A DNA stretch of 64,000 bases from positions 1 through 64,000 of the forward strand of contig NIVC01000712.1 of assembly GCA_002269645.1 (NCBI GenBank), in the 5' to 3' direction. A program made the position numbers and the translations under genes. This stretch comes from Macrostomum lignano (Eukaryota). Numbering within the stretch: the first letter of the stretch is position 1; every line of letters begins with the position of its first letter. Below the pieces are notes generated by a model. The model did no database searches. It was given only the letters and a program-made list of their open reading frames with translations, and was not told the DNA's origin. Below, in pieces: positions 13,157-26,300 of the stretch.

Positions 13157-14170
13157 ACCAGGGGCTTTAGCACCAGGGGCTTTAGCACCAGGGGCTTTAG
13201 CACCAGGGGCTTTAGCACCAGGGGCTTTAGCACCAGGGGCTTTAGCACCAGGGGCTTTAGCACCAGGGGCTTTAGCACCAGGGGCTTTAGCACCAGGGGC
13301 TTTAGCACCAGGGGCTTTAGCACCAGGGGCTTTAGCACCAGGGGCTTTAGCACCAGGGGCTTTAGCACCAGGGGCTTTAGCACCAGGGGCTTTAGCACCA
13401 GGGGCTTTAGCACCAGGGGCTTTAGCACCAGGGGCTTTAGCACCAGGGGCTTTAGCACCAGGGGCTTTAGCACCAGGGGCTTTAGCACCAGGGGCTTTAG
13501 CACCAGGGGCTTTAGCACCAGGGGCTTTAGCACCAGGGGCTTTAGCACCAGTGGCTGTAGCACCAGGGCTTTAGCACCAGGGGCTTTAGCACCAGGGGCT
13601 TTAGCACCAGGGGCTTTAGCATCAGGGGCTTTAGCACCAGGGGCGCCAGCACCAGGGGCGCCAGCACCAGGGGCGCCAGCACCAGGGGCGCCAGCACCAG
13701 GGGCGCCAGCACCAGGGGCGCCAGCACCAGGGGCGCCAGCACCAGGGGCGCCAGCACCAGGGGCGCCAGCACCAGGGGCGCCAGCACCAGGGGAGCCAGC
13801 ACCAGGGGCGCCAGCACCAGGGGCGCCAGCACCAGAGGCGCCAGCACCAAAGGCGCCAGCACCAGAGGCGCCAGCACCAGGGGCGCCAGCATCAGGGGCT
13901 TTAGCACCAGGGGCTTTAGCACCAGAGGCGCCAGCACCAGGGGCTTTAGCACCAGAGGCGCCAGCACCAGGGGCTTTAGCACCAGAGGCGCCAGCACCAG
14001 GGGCTTTAGCACCAGGGGCTTTAGCACCAGGGGCTTTAGCACCAGGGGCTTTAGCACCAGGGGCTTTAGCACCAGGGGCTTTAGCACCAGGGGCTTTAGC
14101 ACCAGGGGCTTTAGCACCAGAGCTTTAGCACCAGAGCTTTAGCACCAGAGCTTTAGCACCAGGGGCACCA
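13157..14170. repeat. 15-bp minisatellite (~65 copies) with variant blocks
   Basis: ACCAGGGGCTTTAGC block, ACCAGGGGCGCCAGC block, a mixed block, then a return to the first type. Confidence 0.95.
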
Positions 14171-14964
14171 GCGGTGGTCATTTTTGTCACCGCCCCCCTT
14201 ATCCTTCTGTATTATGCACTGCATGGTTACGGCTGGTACGCAGTTATGTATCTGATAACTAAGGCCATCATAAACCAAATCAAGCTTTTGAGGTTTCAAG
14301 ATAAAACTTAAAACGAGACAGGCTCACCAAAAAATCGGATCCGCGGAATTACCGCTAGCTTTTGCACTGCCGTTGTTGAATGGTTGCTCAAGAACTTCAT
14401 CTATAACAAAACAAACGAATGAAGAAACGTTGGTTCAGGTAGTGCTGTGACGGAAAGATTTTAAGCTATCGTTTGTCTTCAAAGTCTTGTCCTATCATTT
14501 TTCGAAATCTTGCTTCAAGGAGCACAAGAAGATGACTGCAATATGAATGCTGACCTATCATATTTCTGGCTTTCCCTGAAAACTTTTCAGCCAGTTGAAA
14601 AGAGAAGAAAGACCCAACTGCAATGGGCTGCCGCATACCGTGAAGCTAAGTTCGCTGCATTTTCGGAACCAGCAGTGTGCAGCAAGACGTGAAACCGAGC
14701 CTGCAGCTGGAATGGAGGATGATGTTGAGTAGTTTCCGCAGGACCTCTAAAAACTGTTAGAACAAGGAGAACTAAAGGTGCGACACTCGCGTTTCATGGG
14801 AAAAGTTTTATAGGCCACTTTAGATAAATATTTTGCTGGATACTACCGCCTTGCAATTAACATTCATTTATTTATTTACAGATTCTACGAGTACACGGCT
14901 AATCGAATCCTTCGAAGAGTTAGAAATGGAGTTTAAGGCACGCAACTAATTTTAGATACTAATA

Positions 14965-15386
14965 TAGTATTTGTCATGCTATCTCAGCCTAGAGACATCC
15001 AAACTCAGCCAGTCCCATTCCGCAATGCGTTTTTTTGGCTCGAGCTAGTCGACTTTTACCATAGACATGCTTCTTAAGGCCATGCTATCTCAGCCTGGGA
15101 CATGCAATCTCAGCCAATATAGATTTCAATTGCAAACACTTCTCGCTTCGTCTTCGTCGCTTGTTGCTCTCATTCTGTTTCATTTGCTTCGATCACAGAC
15201 TAAGCCACGGACAGCTTGACATAGCATCTGAAAAGTGGCTGAGATTGCATGTCCCAGGCTGAGATAGCATGGCCCCAAGAAGCATGTCTATGGTAAAACT
15301 TGACTGGCTTACGTAAAAAATCGCACTGTCGAGATGGGCTGGCTGAGTTTGGATGTCTCTAGGCTGAGATAGCATGACAAATACTA
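14965..15386. mobile_element. MITE with ~150-bp imperfect TIRs and probable TA target duplication
   Basis: TA|TAGTATTTGTCATGCTATCTCAGCCTAGAGACATCC...GGATGTCTCTAGGCTGAGATAGCATGACAAATACTA|TA. Confidence 0.75.
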
Positions 15387-15450
15387 TACATACCTTGTTG
15401 GAAAAAATGTGTTGCCTTAAAACCTCTTCCACACTGATGCCTTTGGGTCT

Positions 15451-17929
15451 CACTCACGCAAGTGACGGATGGTACGCATAGCGTACCATAGACTATTTTG
15501 TGGCCGCAAAAATTTTGACAGCACACCCTCAAGTGCCGGCTAGGCGGGACTTTTCGTTCTTTGACTATTTTTCTTTCTATACGAGCGGCTTCCTATTTTA
15601 CAGCGTTTATACGACCGTAATCGTTTCATTTCGATCTTTAATTCACAGCTCCACCGATTGACCGTCTGGTTTGTGTGTTTCTTTATTCCCGTTATTGTTT
15701 CTTTTTCCTGTGTTACCTACTTTATATACTATTTTCTGTACGAGTATTATACTTTTTTAGTGTGCTTTCCATTTGTGTATATATCCTATTTGTAACGCTT
15801 TATTAGGCTGTATTACATTGCTGTACATTATAAGTTATTTAAATTAGAACTTTTTGTATCAAATATGGCCATGCAGTTTATTCGTCAGGCTCTTGTGGGT
15901 CTTCGTGGTGGGCCAGCTGAGGTCTCGAGCGATTCTGACGACGGTTCCGACGACGAGATTTCAGAGGACGAATCTATGGATGAAGATGTGACTGAAGAAC
16001 AAGGCGATGATGCTAAAATGCAGTGGCGAGGCGTGACTGAGGAGACGGATACACGAGAAAGCGCTGATGTGGAATTTTTCGGTGTTGAAGGCCTGAATCA
16101 TGGACTTCATGTTCCCGCCGACGTTGAGAATGGAGTCGAAAGTTTCTTTTCAATGTTCGTTACTGATGATCTATTGCAAATGTTGTGCAAGTTTACTAAT
16201 GCTAGGGCATGGGCCGAGGTGCATTCATGCGAAGAAGATGGTCTTGGTCAAATGCCTGCAAGGTTGTCAGCTTGGCGCGACTGCACAATTTCCGAGATGA
16301 AAAAGATGCTAGCCATAATCATGTACATGGGTGTCGTCAAAAAGCCTGACATGCGTGCATATTGGTCCACTGATGAGTTTTACGGCAGCAGTCTGTTTCA
16401 AGGCGAGTTTTGCATCGCTCATTTTCAAGCAGTATATTCCCAAGAAGCGGGCTCGCTTTGGAATAAAGACATACTGCCTCGTGGACGCCAAAAACGGCTA
16501 TCTCTGGAACATACTGATTCATTCAACACCGGATGAAAATGCTCGTTTCGGAGAGGGCCTGGGCTGCGCTGAACTCAGCATAACTGAAAGAATTGTTGTT
16601 GAGCTCATGCAAGATCTTTTCGGCTTTGGCTACCAAGTACTCACTGATAGTTTCTTCACGTCAATCAGACTTGCCAGTTTTCTTCTCGAGAAAGGCACCA
16701 CAATCACCGGTTCAGTCCAAGCAAACCGAGGCATCCCAGCCTCGCTTAAGACTGCTAATATTCCAGCTCCCGGCTTTCGCTTCATGCGTAAAGGTGATAT
16801 CCTGGCAATAAAAATGACCGACAGGAAGGCAAGTGGGGTCAAGACTTTGCATCTCCTCGACACTCACGGTGTTGCCGGCTCGGTCGAGCGACAGACCATC
16901 CGCCGCGGAGGGCTAGTGCAGCTGGTTAGAAAGCCTACGAGCGTAGCGAACTACACCAAATTTATGGGAGGAGTCGATAGACTGGACTCGTGTCTTCAAC
17001 CGTACCACCCTAACAGGAAGACATACCGATGGCATCAAAAGTTAGCGCTCCATCTGATGTTTCAACTGGTGCACAATTCGTGGGTTGCCTACCGAATTTC
17101 AGGTGGATCCCGGCCTTTTCTGCGATTTTTGGAAACCTGCATCACTTGGCTATTGAGAAGCACGGGCCCTGGGAAGTTGCGGTGCATGCGGACGACGCCT
17201 GCTACACACGCTGGTGACGGACACTTCCCTTCGAAGCTCCCATCTACCCTGGGCAATCCACGTCCGTCTAAGCGCTGTCGCGTCTGCTATAGAAATGGAG
17301 TATCAAAGCGCACAGTGACCGTCTGCAAAGGTTGTGTGAATCAGCCGGGACTGTGCATTGGAGACTGCTTTGAGCAGTGGCACGTTTAAGTGCAGTCCCC
17401 GTTTCTTGTGAATCCTCAGCCAATTTTCAGAGTTTGCACACGTTTGCGCAACTTATCCTGTCTGTACGAAACTTAAGTATATATTGTTGTTTCTTCTTCT
17501 CGTTCTAATGTCAGATATGGATTAGATATTGTAAAAGTTGTAAAATTGTGCTAGCCATTCACACTGAATGACATCAGACAATTTAGTTATCTGATAAAAT
17601 TACAAGTGCTTATGAGTTCCAGGTAGCTCGTATGGGATCGAAACACAGGAAAAAAAATCTTCGAAACTTCAAATATCAGTTCTTTTTTCCATACCTCCTC
17701 TGCAGAAAATTGTGTTAAGTTTCTCGTGTTTTTATACTTTTCTAGACTGTTCGATTCAAATTATATGCCTTTATTTGTTCCAGTTTTTATAGCAAGAAAT
17801 TGTTTGATAAATTATGTTATTTCTATAGTATTTAACAATAAAAAGCTTTTAATAAAAAACTAGAAAGCCACGAGTTAATTGACTCGCTAATCATGGCGTG
17901 CATGGCGTACCATCCGTCACTTGTAAGTG
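15451..17929 (+). mobile_element. piggyBac-like DNA transposon, internally deleted
   Basis: Perfect 19-bp inverted core CAAGTGACGGATGGTACGC (15459-15477 / 17905-17923) encloses a piggyBac transposase. No TTAA duplication visible. Confidence 0.8.
15865..17389 (+). pseudogene. piggyBac (PGBD4-like) transposase, frameshifted, lacking the first catalytic Asp segment
   Basis: Acidic N-terminus, FKQYIPKKRARFGIK, TDSFFTS, MGGVDRLD and a C-terminal Cys-rich RCRVC...C..C...LC...CF..WH. The segment between YWST and FKQY is missing. Confidence 0.85.
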
Positions 17930-18662
17930 TGTGTTCTTGCGGCTAGGATTTCTGCAGGCTTATAGATTATTTCCATAGATTTTAAGTGTTGCGTCCTTCT
18001 ACTTTAGTAGTACATGTGTGAGAAGACAAGAATTACCTTAGGTAGATAGCACGGTGGGAGCTTGCAGAAAAAAAAACTTAGGCTCTTTTGGCAAGAAAAG
18101 TATTGCAGTTTTTTATCTCTGCGCTCAACGTACAGTCTATGCAATCGAAGAGCCCAAAAATTAGAGCACTTACCTATAATCATCAGTTAACTAAATATAG
18201 AGAAAATTTATTTTAAATGACGAAGTTCAACCAAATTTATTGACCTCCATGCAGTTTACTACTTATAGCAGCAGGTTACCTAGCAGCACCAAAACTATTT
18301 TCAAACGGAGTTCATAAGTTTACTTTAACTTTGCACTTTTTTAGTCCAGGAGCTTATGCACTCTTGTGAGGAAACATTTTTAGCTTCCCCATCCTAGTTG
18401 GCTCTCAAATGCTAAGTATATTTACCAGGATTTCGAAATCAAGCATTTCAAGAGATTGTTTCCAGCGACGCGCAGTTCGAATGGACGCTGGCTGAGCCTT
18501 CGACTACTGGCGATGTTGTGACTGACTAAATGTCACTGGAATCTACGACTGAATGAAACTCCAACAGAGGCGTGTTTTCTAGTGGCTAAAAGTTGACAAA
18601 AGCCATGGCCATTAGGCCAAGTGATCAGAAACAACTTCGGCATTGCCTACATGTATTTAGAA

Positions 18663-19118
18663 GGGAAGCGACGTTTGCCAGCCGACATTTGCCAGCCGAC
18701 GTTTGCCAGCCGAGGTTTGCCAGCAGGATATTTGCCAGCCGAACTTTGCCTGCCGGACGTTTGCCTGCGGCACGTTTGCCAGACGACGTTTGCCTGCCGG
18801 AAGTTTGCCAGCTAAAATTTGCTAGCCAATATAAAGCCAGTCAGTGAAAAACTTGATACTGAAATATTCCCAGTTTAGTCGTCTGGCAAACGTCGGCTGG
18901 CAAACGTCCCGCAGGCAAATGTCCGGCAGGCAAACGTCGGCTGGCAAACGTCGGCTGGTAAATGTCGGCTGGCAAACGTCGGCTGGTAAATGTCGGCTGG
19001 CAAACGTCCCACAGGCAAACCTCGGCTGGCAAACGTCCCGCAGGCAAACGTCGGCTGCCAAACGTCGGCTGGCAAACGTCCCGCAGGCAAACGTCCCGCA
19101 GGCAAACGTCGTAGACCC
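18663..19118. mobile_element. Foldback-type non-autonomous element built of inverted 14-bp arrays
   Basis: ACGTTTGCCAGCCG array on the left and CGGCTGGCAAACGT array on the right of an AT-rich spacer. GGG...CCC termini; no clear TSD. Confidence 0.7.
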
Positions 19119-20334
19119 TTATATAAGTATTTTTAGTATTTACTCGTATTTTTAGTAAAATTTGGGTTGATGGTGGAGTCCCTTTCAAGTAATTTGAAGA
19201 ATTGATTCAGAGACTACATCGTATCAGGTCGTATCAGGTTGATTTTATACATGTATAGCCACGCCGCGTGCATGCGAATGCGGTGGAACTCAGCCACAAT
19301 CGATTTAAGCGATCAATCTGACCTGCTTATCTAACTAATAAGCCTTTAAATGTTAAATTTTGGACTTAAGAAATGCACAGAGACTACACTTGGCCTTGAA
19401 GGCACGTGTTTTGTGAGTGCACTTGCAAGAAAGGGAAAGAGAGGACTTGGAGGGACAGACAGGGCGTCACCCTGTCTCGTCCTAGCCGCGGTCTGCAGGC
19501 CGAACTATAATATAAATAAATAAACTATATGGAGAGAAGATTTTCTCCACTTCTCCTGCTCCCCAGATGTAACACATAATTTCCGGTGGCTTCTGAAGGC
19601 CTCTCACCAACATGAATGTCTGCTACCCTTCTGTCACGATCGACAGAGGCCTTAAATCAACAGAGACAAGGCTTTGTAATTTACAGTGTACTGTGGCTCA
19701 CAGTTGGTCCAAACCAAACAGCAATAGCAAAGAGAGATCTTTTCTTTATATAGTCAATATATTTACAGTCCATCCTGCAGACCGGCAAGGATAGCTCTCC
19801 GAATGAGATTGAGAACAGACCCTGGGATCTGTGTACATGTTTTTTGTTTTCAGCCTTTATATTGTTATTGAATGCGTGTGCCGCACAGGTTTAAACTGGT
19901 TAGCAACAAAGGAACCCGAACGGAGGAAATATTGATTAAAAATGAGTGACAGCGTTGCAGAAAAGTACTCAGAAGAATAATGAAAAATTTAGGTAGCAAA
20001 CTAAGGTAAACCAAATAAATTTGCTAATTTAACGACGAAGGGCTACATAAACGAGCAAACGTCAATACGGCTCGTACTTGGCCTTGATAAATGACCTAAC
20101 ATGTATTCGATGAGTTAACTTCAAAGTGACAAACAAGTACTCGTATGGAGTAAAATGGCTTTAAAGACTCAAAAATCAACCTGACTCAATCGACTTCTTC
20201 ACAGACTCGATCAATCTTTTCAGAAGCTTTTTTGAAACTCCAGCTGGATATACTCGTAAAATAGTTGGAAAACGACAAAGAAGACAGGATTCTAAGTATA
20301 GGCTTCATCAGCAACTGTCATACCGTTTTGTCTT

Positions 20335-21610
20335 TACAACAGCAACAACAAAAAGGCGCAGTTAGCGTCACAGGGCGCGTCTAAGGTCCAGGTGGCGAAC
20401 GAACGCCAACGCCGGCCGAATCCGGGCCGCCAGCGTCAGCCAGCAAGCAGTCGACGAAAAGCCGAGAGCGCGCCTGTCCCCGCCGGTAGGGTGCCTGCAG
20501 TGTCGGCAGCAGCATCTCCTGCACAGGTAGCGGGCAGTATGTCTCGGCGCGGATGATATGGCCTGCCAGCTGGAGTCACCGACGGCGCAGCAGGTCGCTT
20601 GGACGGAGCAGACCGGCCGGTTTTACAATACCGCGTTGGTCACTCGCTCGTAGCCGATCTTGAAGACGTCCGCGTCCAGGTTTCAATGTTGTACAACAGG
20701 ACGGTTTCAACCACCGCCTGGAACAACGCCGCCCTCTGGCGGTCAGGTGGCCTCGGATTGCAGAACTGCCCCCGCAGAACGGAAGCCCAGGCAAGCCAGG
20801 AACCAGACCGCCGAGGCAGACAAACTGCTGACAACACGAGAGCTCCGCCACCTGTCCATCAGCGCATCGGTACAAAATCACAGCCTCGATGTCGTCCGGC
20901 ACGCAGAGCACGACATTTTTCTGCATGTTGACCACCAGGCCGACACCACCAGGTCGACAGCAACTAGTAGCTTGTCCAGTTGTCGCTGGGTGCCCTCGAC
21001 AGTTGAGGACAGCAGGGTGAGATCGTCGACGTAGCCAAGCACGCTGAGCCGTCTCTCCGGTTGACGTCGACCCACGCACCGCCGCAACAGAAAGCCGTCG
21101 TCGTTGGTAGGAAGAGCGATCCACACAACATCCAGTCAAGCACCAGAACGAATAGAACGGCGCAAGTGTATCTCCGAAGCGTACCCCGGAGGATGTCTCA
21201 AAGAAGTCCGATTTTTGTCTCAAAGAAGTCCGATAGGCCGTCCGGTGTTGAAACAGCAGCTTTCGTATCGTAGTACATCGCCATGATGGCAGAAATCAGC
21301 TGCTCTGGCACGTTGTATGCACGGAGCACCTTTGGAAGCACGGACCTGACGACCGAGTCGAACGCCTTCTTGAAATCTATGAAGAAGACAATCAGGATCG
21401 ATTGGCGCGTCCGCGTTTCCTCGATGACTCGCCGAAGAGCTAGGATCTGCGTCACTGTGCCACGATGGGGCCGGAAGCTGTACCACTTAGGACGTAGGAA
21501 CGGATCCAGCACGGGCTGAAACCGCGTTAACAGCATCCGTTTGAACAACTTCGCAGCGCAGCGGCGGATACTTTGATGCTCCTCAAGCTTTGTGGTGCCC
21601 GGCTTCTTAT
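20335..21610 (-). mobile_element. RTE-clade LINE fragment (RT and 3' end)
   Basis: Minus-strand FRPHRGTVTQILALRRVIEE, FIDFKKAFDSV, GV.FGD.LAP, LGYVDD. Short (CAA)n tail at ~20336-20352. Frameshifted and deleted. Confidence 0.8.
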
Positions 21611-21764
21611 AGAAACTTCACATATATACTAATGGAAATCTGAAAAAATTAGGGAAGGGAAGGGCGACATTTAAGGCTACCCCACAAGCCTTTTGCTAGC
21701 CAAAAAGTTTCGTGCTTTTTACTTAGCTAATAAGTAGGCTACAGTAGATTCAATTAGCTAGAAC

Positions 21765-22010
21765 TTGTCGTCTGGCAGTTGTCGGATGACAGTTTTCCGG
21801 CTGGCAGATTTTCTCGGCTGGCAATTGTCGACTGGCAATTGTCGACTGGCAGTTGTCGGCTGGCAGTTTTCCGGCTGGCAGTTTTCTCGGCTGGCAGTTG
21901 TCGGCTGGCAGTTGTCGGCTGGCAGTTGTCGACTGGCAGTTGTCGGCTGGCAGTTTTCCGGCTGGCAGTTGTCGGCTGGCAGTTTTCCGGCTGGCAGTTG
22001 GGGTGCTCCC
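21765..22010. repeat. 14/15-bp tandem array, one arm of a foldback-like element
   Basis: CGGCTGGCAGTTGT / CGGCTGGCAGTTTTC units share the CGGCTGGCA core with the 18.7-kb element. Ends in CTCCC. Confidence 0.7.
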
Positions 22011-22149
22011 GTAACAATCTGCGGAAAGTCTTCAATCACTGTGACATCTGCTCTAAGACCTGCAGAGTTCTACCACGCTGGCCTGGCTCACTAAATCGGT
22101 TGCCAACTACATTGTGGTCGCCAAGCCCAGGCTACTTTTAGAGAGACGG

Positions 22150-22600
22150 TATCCCCTTGGCGCATCGTGATTTTGGGGGGTCCCACAAGGCAGCAAGCTG
22201 TATTAGCCCTCTGTTGTTCGCATTTTACCTAAAGGATCTCCAGCACCGGATCCGCCTACCACTATCACGTACTGGATACGCCGACGAACTGGCCGCGACC
22301 TTGACCTCCGGTATGAAAATCGAGAGAAAGCTTAACGGCTACTTGGATCGACTGGTCCCCTTCCGGGAAAAGAAAAAAGCTCTACATCTCAACCAATAAA
22401 TTCCGGTAACTCTGTTTACTGACATAAGGATCAACAACATACTTCTACCGATCACCACGTACCCGAAAATCTTTGGGATGACTCTGGACCCTAAGCTTAC
22501 TTTCGAACGGCACAGTACGCTCAGCGCCCAAAGGGCACGTACGTGCAACAGTGTTCAGAGCTCTCACCGCCTGGGGCTGCGATAAGGAGACGGGCGGGCC
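22150..22600 (+). pseudogene. Degraded LINE reverse-transcriptase fragment
   Basis: ISPLLFAFYLKDL, GYADE, PKIFGMTLDPKLTF, WGCDKET motifs across broken frames. Confidence 0.7.
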
Positions 22601-22639
22601 CAACACACATGTGAAGTGTGAGCCGCAATCGACAACATG

Positions 22640-22845
22640 CCAACTACCGATCTTCTCTCTTCTCTCTCACCTTTTCCCATCGCATCTCTCATCTCGCCTC
22701 TCTTCTGTAAACTCTCATCTCCTCTTTATTCTTCTCTCTCCCCCCGTTCCCTCACCTTTCCACTCTCATCTGGGTGGGTCTGGGTTGGCCCGGATTGGTC
22801 CGCCCCCATTGGGGAGTTTCACTTTCATATCAAGAGTATTCCCTG
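22640..22845 (-). mobile_element. Truncated P-superfamily element end in the promoter region of copy A
   Basis: Ends ...GCCCCCATTGGGGAGTTTCACTTTCATATCAAGAGTATTCCCTG, similar to the TIR/subterminal region of the 34762-37314 element. Preceded by a CT-rich tract like the reverse complement of that element's left interior. Confidence 0.55.
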
Positions 22846-23262
22846 CTCAGGCTCAGCTGCCCTGCCTCGCTTATGCAAGCAACTTTTTTCTGTTCATTTT
22901 ATTCGTCATTTTTTAATCATTGAGCTTGTAGAATTCGAGTGCACTAAATATATTCGGTTTTTCACAGGGGCATGTTCTCCCTTCGCCTGCCACGCCTTTG
23001 CTGCGCCCTTGCCTTTCTTCCTCCTTTCTTGCCTTTTGTCGTTCGTTAAAAGTACGTTACTGCAATTCGGAAGAAATACTTTGAAGCGTTATACCTTCTC
23101 CAGTGTTCTTTTCCAAGAATTTTGCTACAATATAGCCATTTCGTACATTTCATGGTACTTGCTGGGTTCCCGTCGAGGTTCTGATCCCTAGCAGCTCTCT
23201 GATCAAAATTCAGAGACGATTGGACTCAGATTCTCGACTTCCCGGTCGCTGAGACCTGCTGA

Positions 23263-26127
23263 ATGGCCGGTGTCGAGTGTCACTCAGGCTGGTTGCCTGA
23301 AGTCAATTGCGACAGTCGAGAGATCGAGAGAATTCTGAAAGAGCTACAAAATACAAACAATACATGGATGAAAGGTTTCTGCCAGCTTGCTATTGCCCAC
23401 CTGTATACTCTACCTGGCTTCTGTAATTTGACTGAAGCATGGAAGGCTCTGAATTCCGCCAGTCAGCCAGACGAAGAGGTAGAACATAACTTATTTACCC
23501 TACCGACCATTGACATTCGATTTCTTGCCACAGCAGTGAAACTAAGGCTTGAGAAAATGCAGCTAGGACACCCATCTAAGCACGAAGATTTAAAGAATGA
23601 ATTAACGACTTTATGGGCAGCTCAGGATGAGTCGGTGAAGGCGACTTGCTTGGTTGCCAAAGGCTGGACGATGCACTGGTTTGCAGTCGGACCGCAGCGA
23701 GACGAAGTTTTGAAAGTGTGCCACAAAGCATTGAAGGATGCTCAAAAAAAATTAGCCACTATACCTGATGCTGCTGATCAATTGAGTCATGTAACATTTC
23801 TCTGTCTGTTCGAGCTGGCTTGTACATTTTTCTGACGGCGAAAAGATGAGCAGAAAATTTTTCAGGAAGAACTTGACCTGTGGACTACTTCCAAAATGTT
23901 ATATGATGAAAACAAATGGAATCACCCGCTGTTTGAGCTTGAATTTCACAGGGCCGTCGCCTCCATTCCGCTGTACTTTGATGACTGCAGAACTTTCGCC
24001 GATGAGAAGTATTGTGAAATCATGAATAAGTCTAGCTTGTTGAATCAACTCTTTGAAGCTTATTGCACTCTTCCGGAAATCTACGACGTGCTGAAGAAAC
24101 AAAAAAAGGCAGAGATTTGGCACAGGATTTCGAAACTAAAGTAAGTAAATTGCTGGAAGAGGGAACCAATTTCAACGAATGTTCGATGCGTAAAAGATTT
24201 TTGCATCGAAGAATCGTGGCAGCTGATCTAGAGGACGCGATCGACATGCTCAAAAGTGAAGAGAACGAGTACTGGTTTGCCAATAGACTCATCATGCTAG
24301 AATTAAAATTGTATTTTGCTGATGAATCGATGTTCTCTTCTTGATTCGTTGAAAATTTCATGCAACGCTTCGAGTCTCTCTGCATTAATATTCCACTGAA
24401 GGCTTCAAAATTTCGCTTGAAAAAAGGCATATTTCTGTTGAAGTGCGGCAGAGTCAAAGAAGGAATGCACAGCCTCACCTGGGCAATGAACGACTATCTG
24501 CATTCTCCGTTAAGCTTTGAGCCTTCTAACTTTGTTAAGCTAAAGGATGCAGAGTCGTTTTTGAAGGATTCTGGATCTGATTTTTATCTGATTTGGATTG
24601 AAAGTCAGTTTAAAACTGATTTTAAGACTTACCACGTCGATGACTCTATTCAAAAGTACCGGACTGAGTTCACAAGGAAAGATCTGACGAACGAACATCG
24701 CCATTTCATCAGTGAGCACATCGGAAGGCTGCTGATGCAGAAGTCGCAGTTTGAAGAGGCGGAGCAAATGTTCAGGTCTCTGCCTGACGCACTAGAGCAC
24801 AAAAACGCAATGATTGCTGACTCTCTCTTGTGCCAGGCGGAGATTTTGTTGAGCGGTGATGACGCCACAGAAGTTTGCAAGGCCAAGCTACAGGAGTTTA
24901 AAGCACACCCAGATAATTCAGTTTACATAACCAGCATCGGGATGCGGCTGTACCTGCTGAACGAGTGTGCAAAGCTGGGCTGCAGAGACGCCATTCAAGA
25001 GGCGCTGCTTCTGCTGGAGGACATCCGGAAGCAGAGTGGCAGAGGTCACTTGTTGCAGCAAGCTCCAAACCATTTGTTCGTGCACAGCACTTGCGTTTAC
25101 GAGTTCTGCTCCCGGCTGCTTCAGCTGAGAGAGCAGGGCTTCCAAATTGAGCGAAGAAAAAGCTTTGTAGATTCTAGCGGTGACCAGATGGGTGACATGC
25201 TAGACAAAGTAGAGCAAATCTTGGCCACTGAGTTGTATCCAAGAAGAATTCGACTGAAAATGACACAGCTGAGCTTGAAGTATGAATCAGTAGAGGAAAT
25301 GCTTCAGAGTCCCGAGGCTGAGCGCAGCATTTGGCACACGCTGGAGGAGTCCCGAAAAGCACTCGATAGCTTCTGGGCTCAATTCGTCTCTAAATTGGAG
25401 AAGCAGGAAGTTGTCTCCGAGTCGAAGAGCGTTCCGAGATATTACCCATTTGCCCGCCATAGGCGGGCATCAGAGATTTGCTGTGTGACAACTAAGTCAT
25501 CATTACCTACATTTGCAACACAGAATTGCCTCTTATATGTGGCTTGTAATCCAACATGCTCAATTAAATTTAGACACGTGGCCTCAGGAGCTGCGAGCAC
25601 TGATTGACCGAATCCAGCCTCAGCCACAGCCGAGGCAACAGCAGCAGCAGAGACCATCCCAGCCGTCTTTTCGCTCTCCTTCGCAGCATGAGGCGCTGGC
25701 GGGGATTAGGGATCGGGATGCTTTCTACTCAACACAACATCAAGGAAGTTGGCGGTCAGCAATGGGTCAGTGCAGGGCTGCGCCATCTGCTGCTAAAGGT
25801 GAGGACGCTCTTGACTCATCACAACAGCAAGGAAGTTGGCGGTCAGCAATGGGTCAGCGCAGGGCTGCGCCATCTGCTGCTGAAGGTGGGGACGCTCTTG
25901 ACTCATCACAACAGCAAGGAAGTTGGCGGTCAGCAATGGGTCAGCGCAGGGCTGCGCCATCTGCTGCTGAAGGTGGGGACGCTCTTGACTCACCGCAACA
26001 GCAATGAAGTCGGCCGCCAGCAACATCAGGTCAGCAGAAGGACAAAATTCGCGACACAGAGAAGTCAGAGGGCCAGCAGAGCACTAAAAGCAACGGATTT
26101 GAGGATCCCCCTGAAGACGAAGGATAA
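23263..26127 (+). pseudogene. Copy A of IFIT-like/CCCH family: IFIT-like exon 1 (truncated at ~25462) joined to the intron before the Q-rich exon (25574-26127); zinc-finger exons deleted
   Basis: Near-identical to copy B up to CGCCATAG, then jumps to intron-3 sequence. TGA at 23833 and 24342; A7 versus A8 frameshift at 24101. Confidence 0.75.
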
Positions 26128-26300
26128 GCAATGCTTTAAAATGACTGTCTTTGCTGAATTTTTTCTGACTACTAAACTTGTACTTCCCCAAACTTCAGCG
26201 AATGATTATTCAGTAAAGCCACTGATTCAAAATCAGGCGTCCAATTTAAGGTAGCTAGCTAATCGTTAGCTGCAGCTTAAGGGCAGCGCAGCTTTGTCTT

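Noticed and set aside
13108-14117. Long LKPLV/LAPLV repeat ORFs
   Set aside because: Translation artefact of the 15-bp minisatellite.
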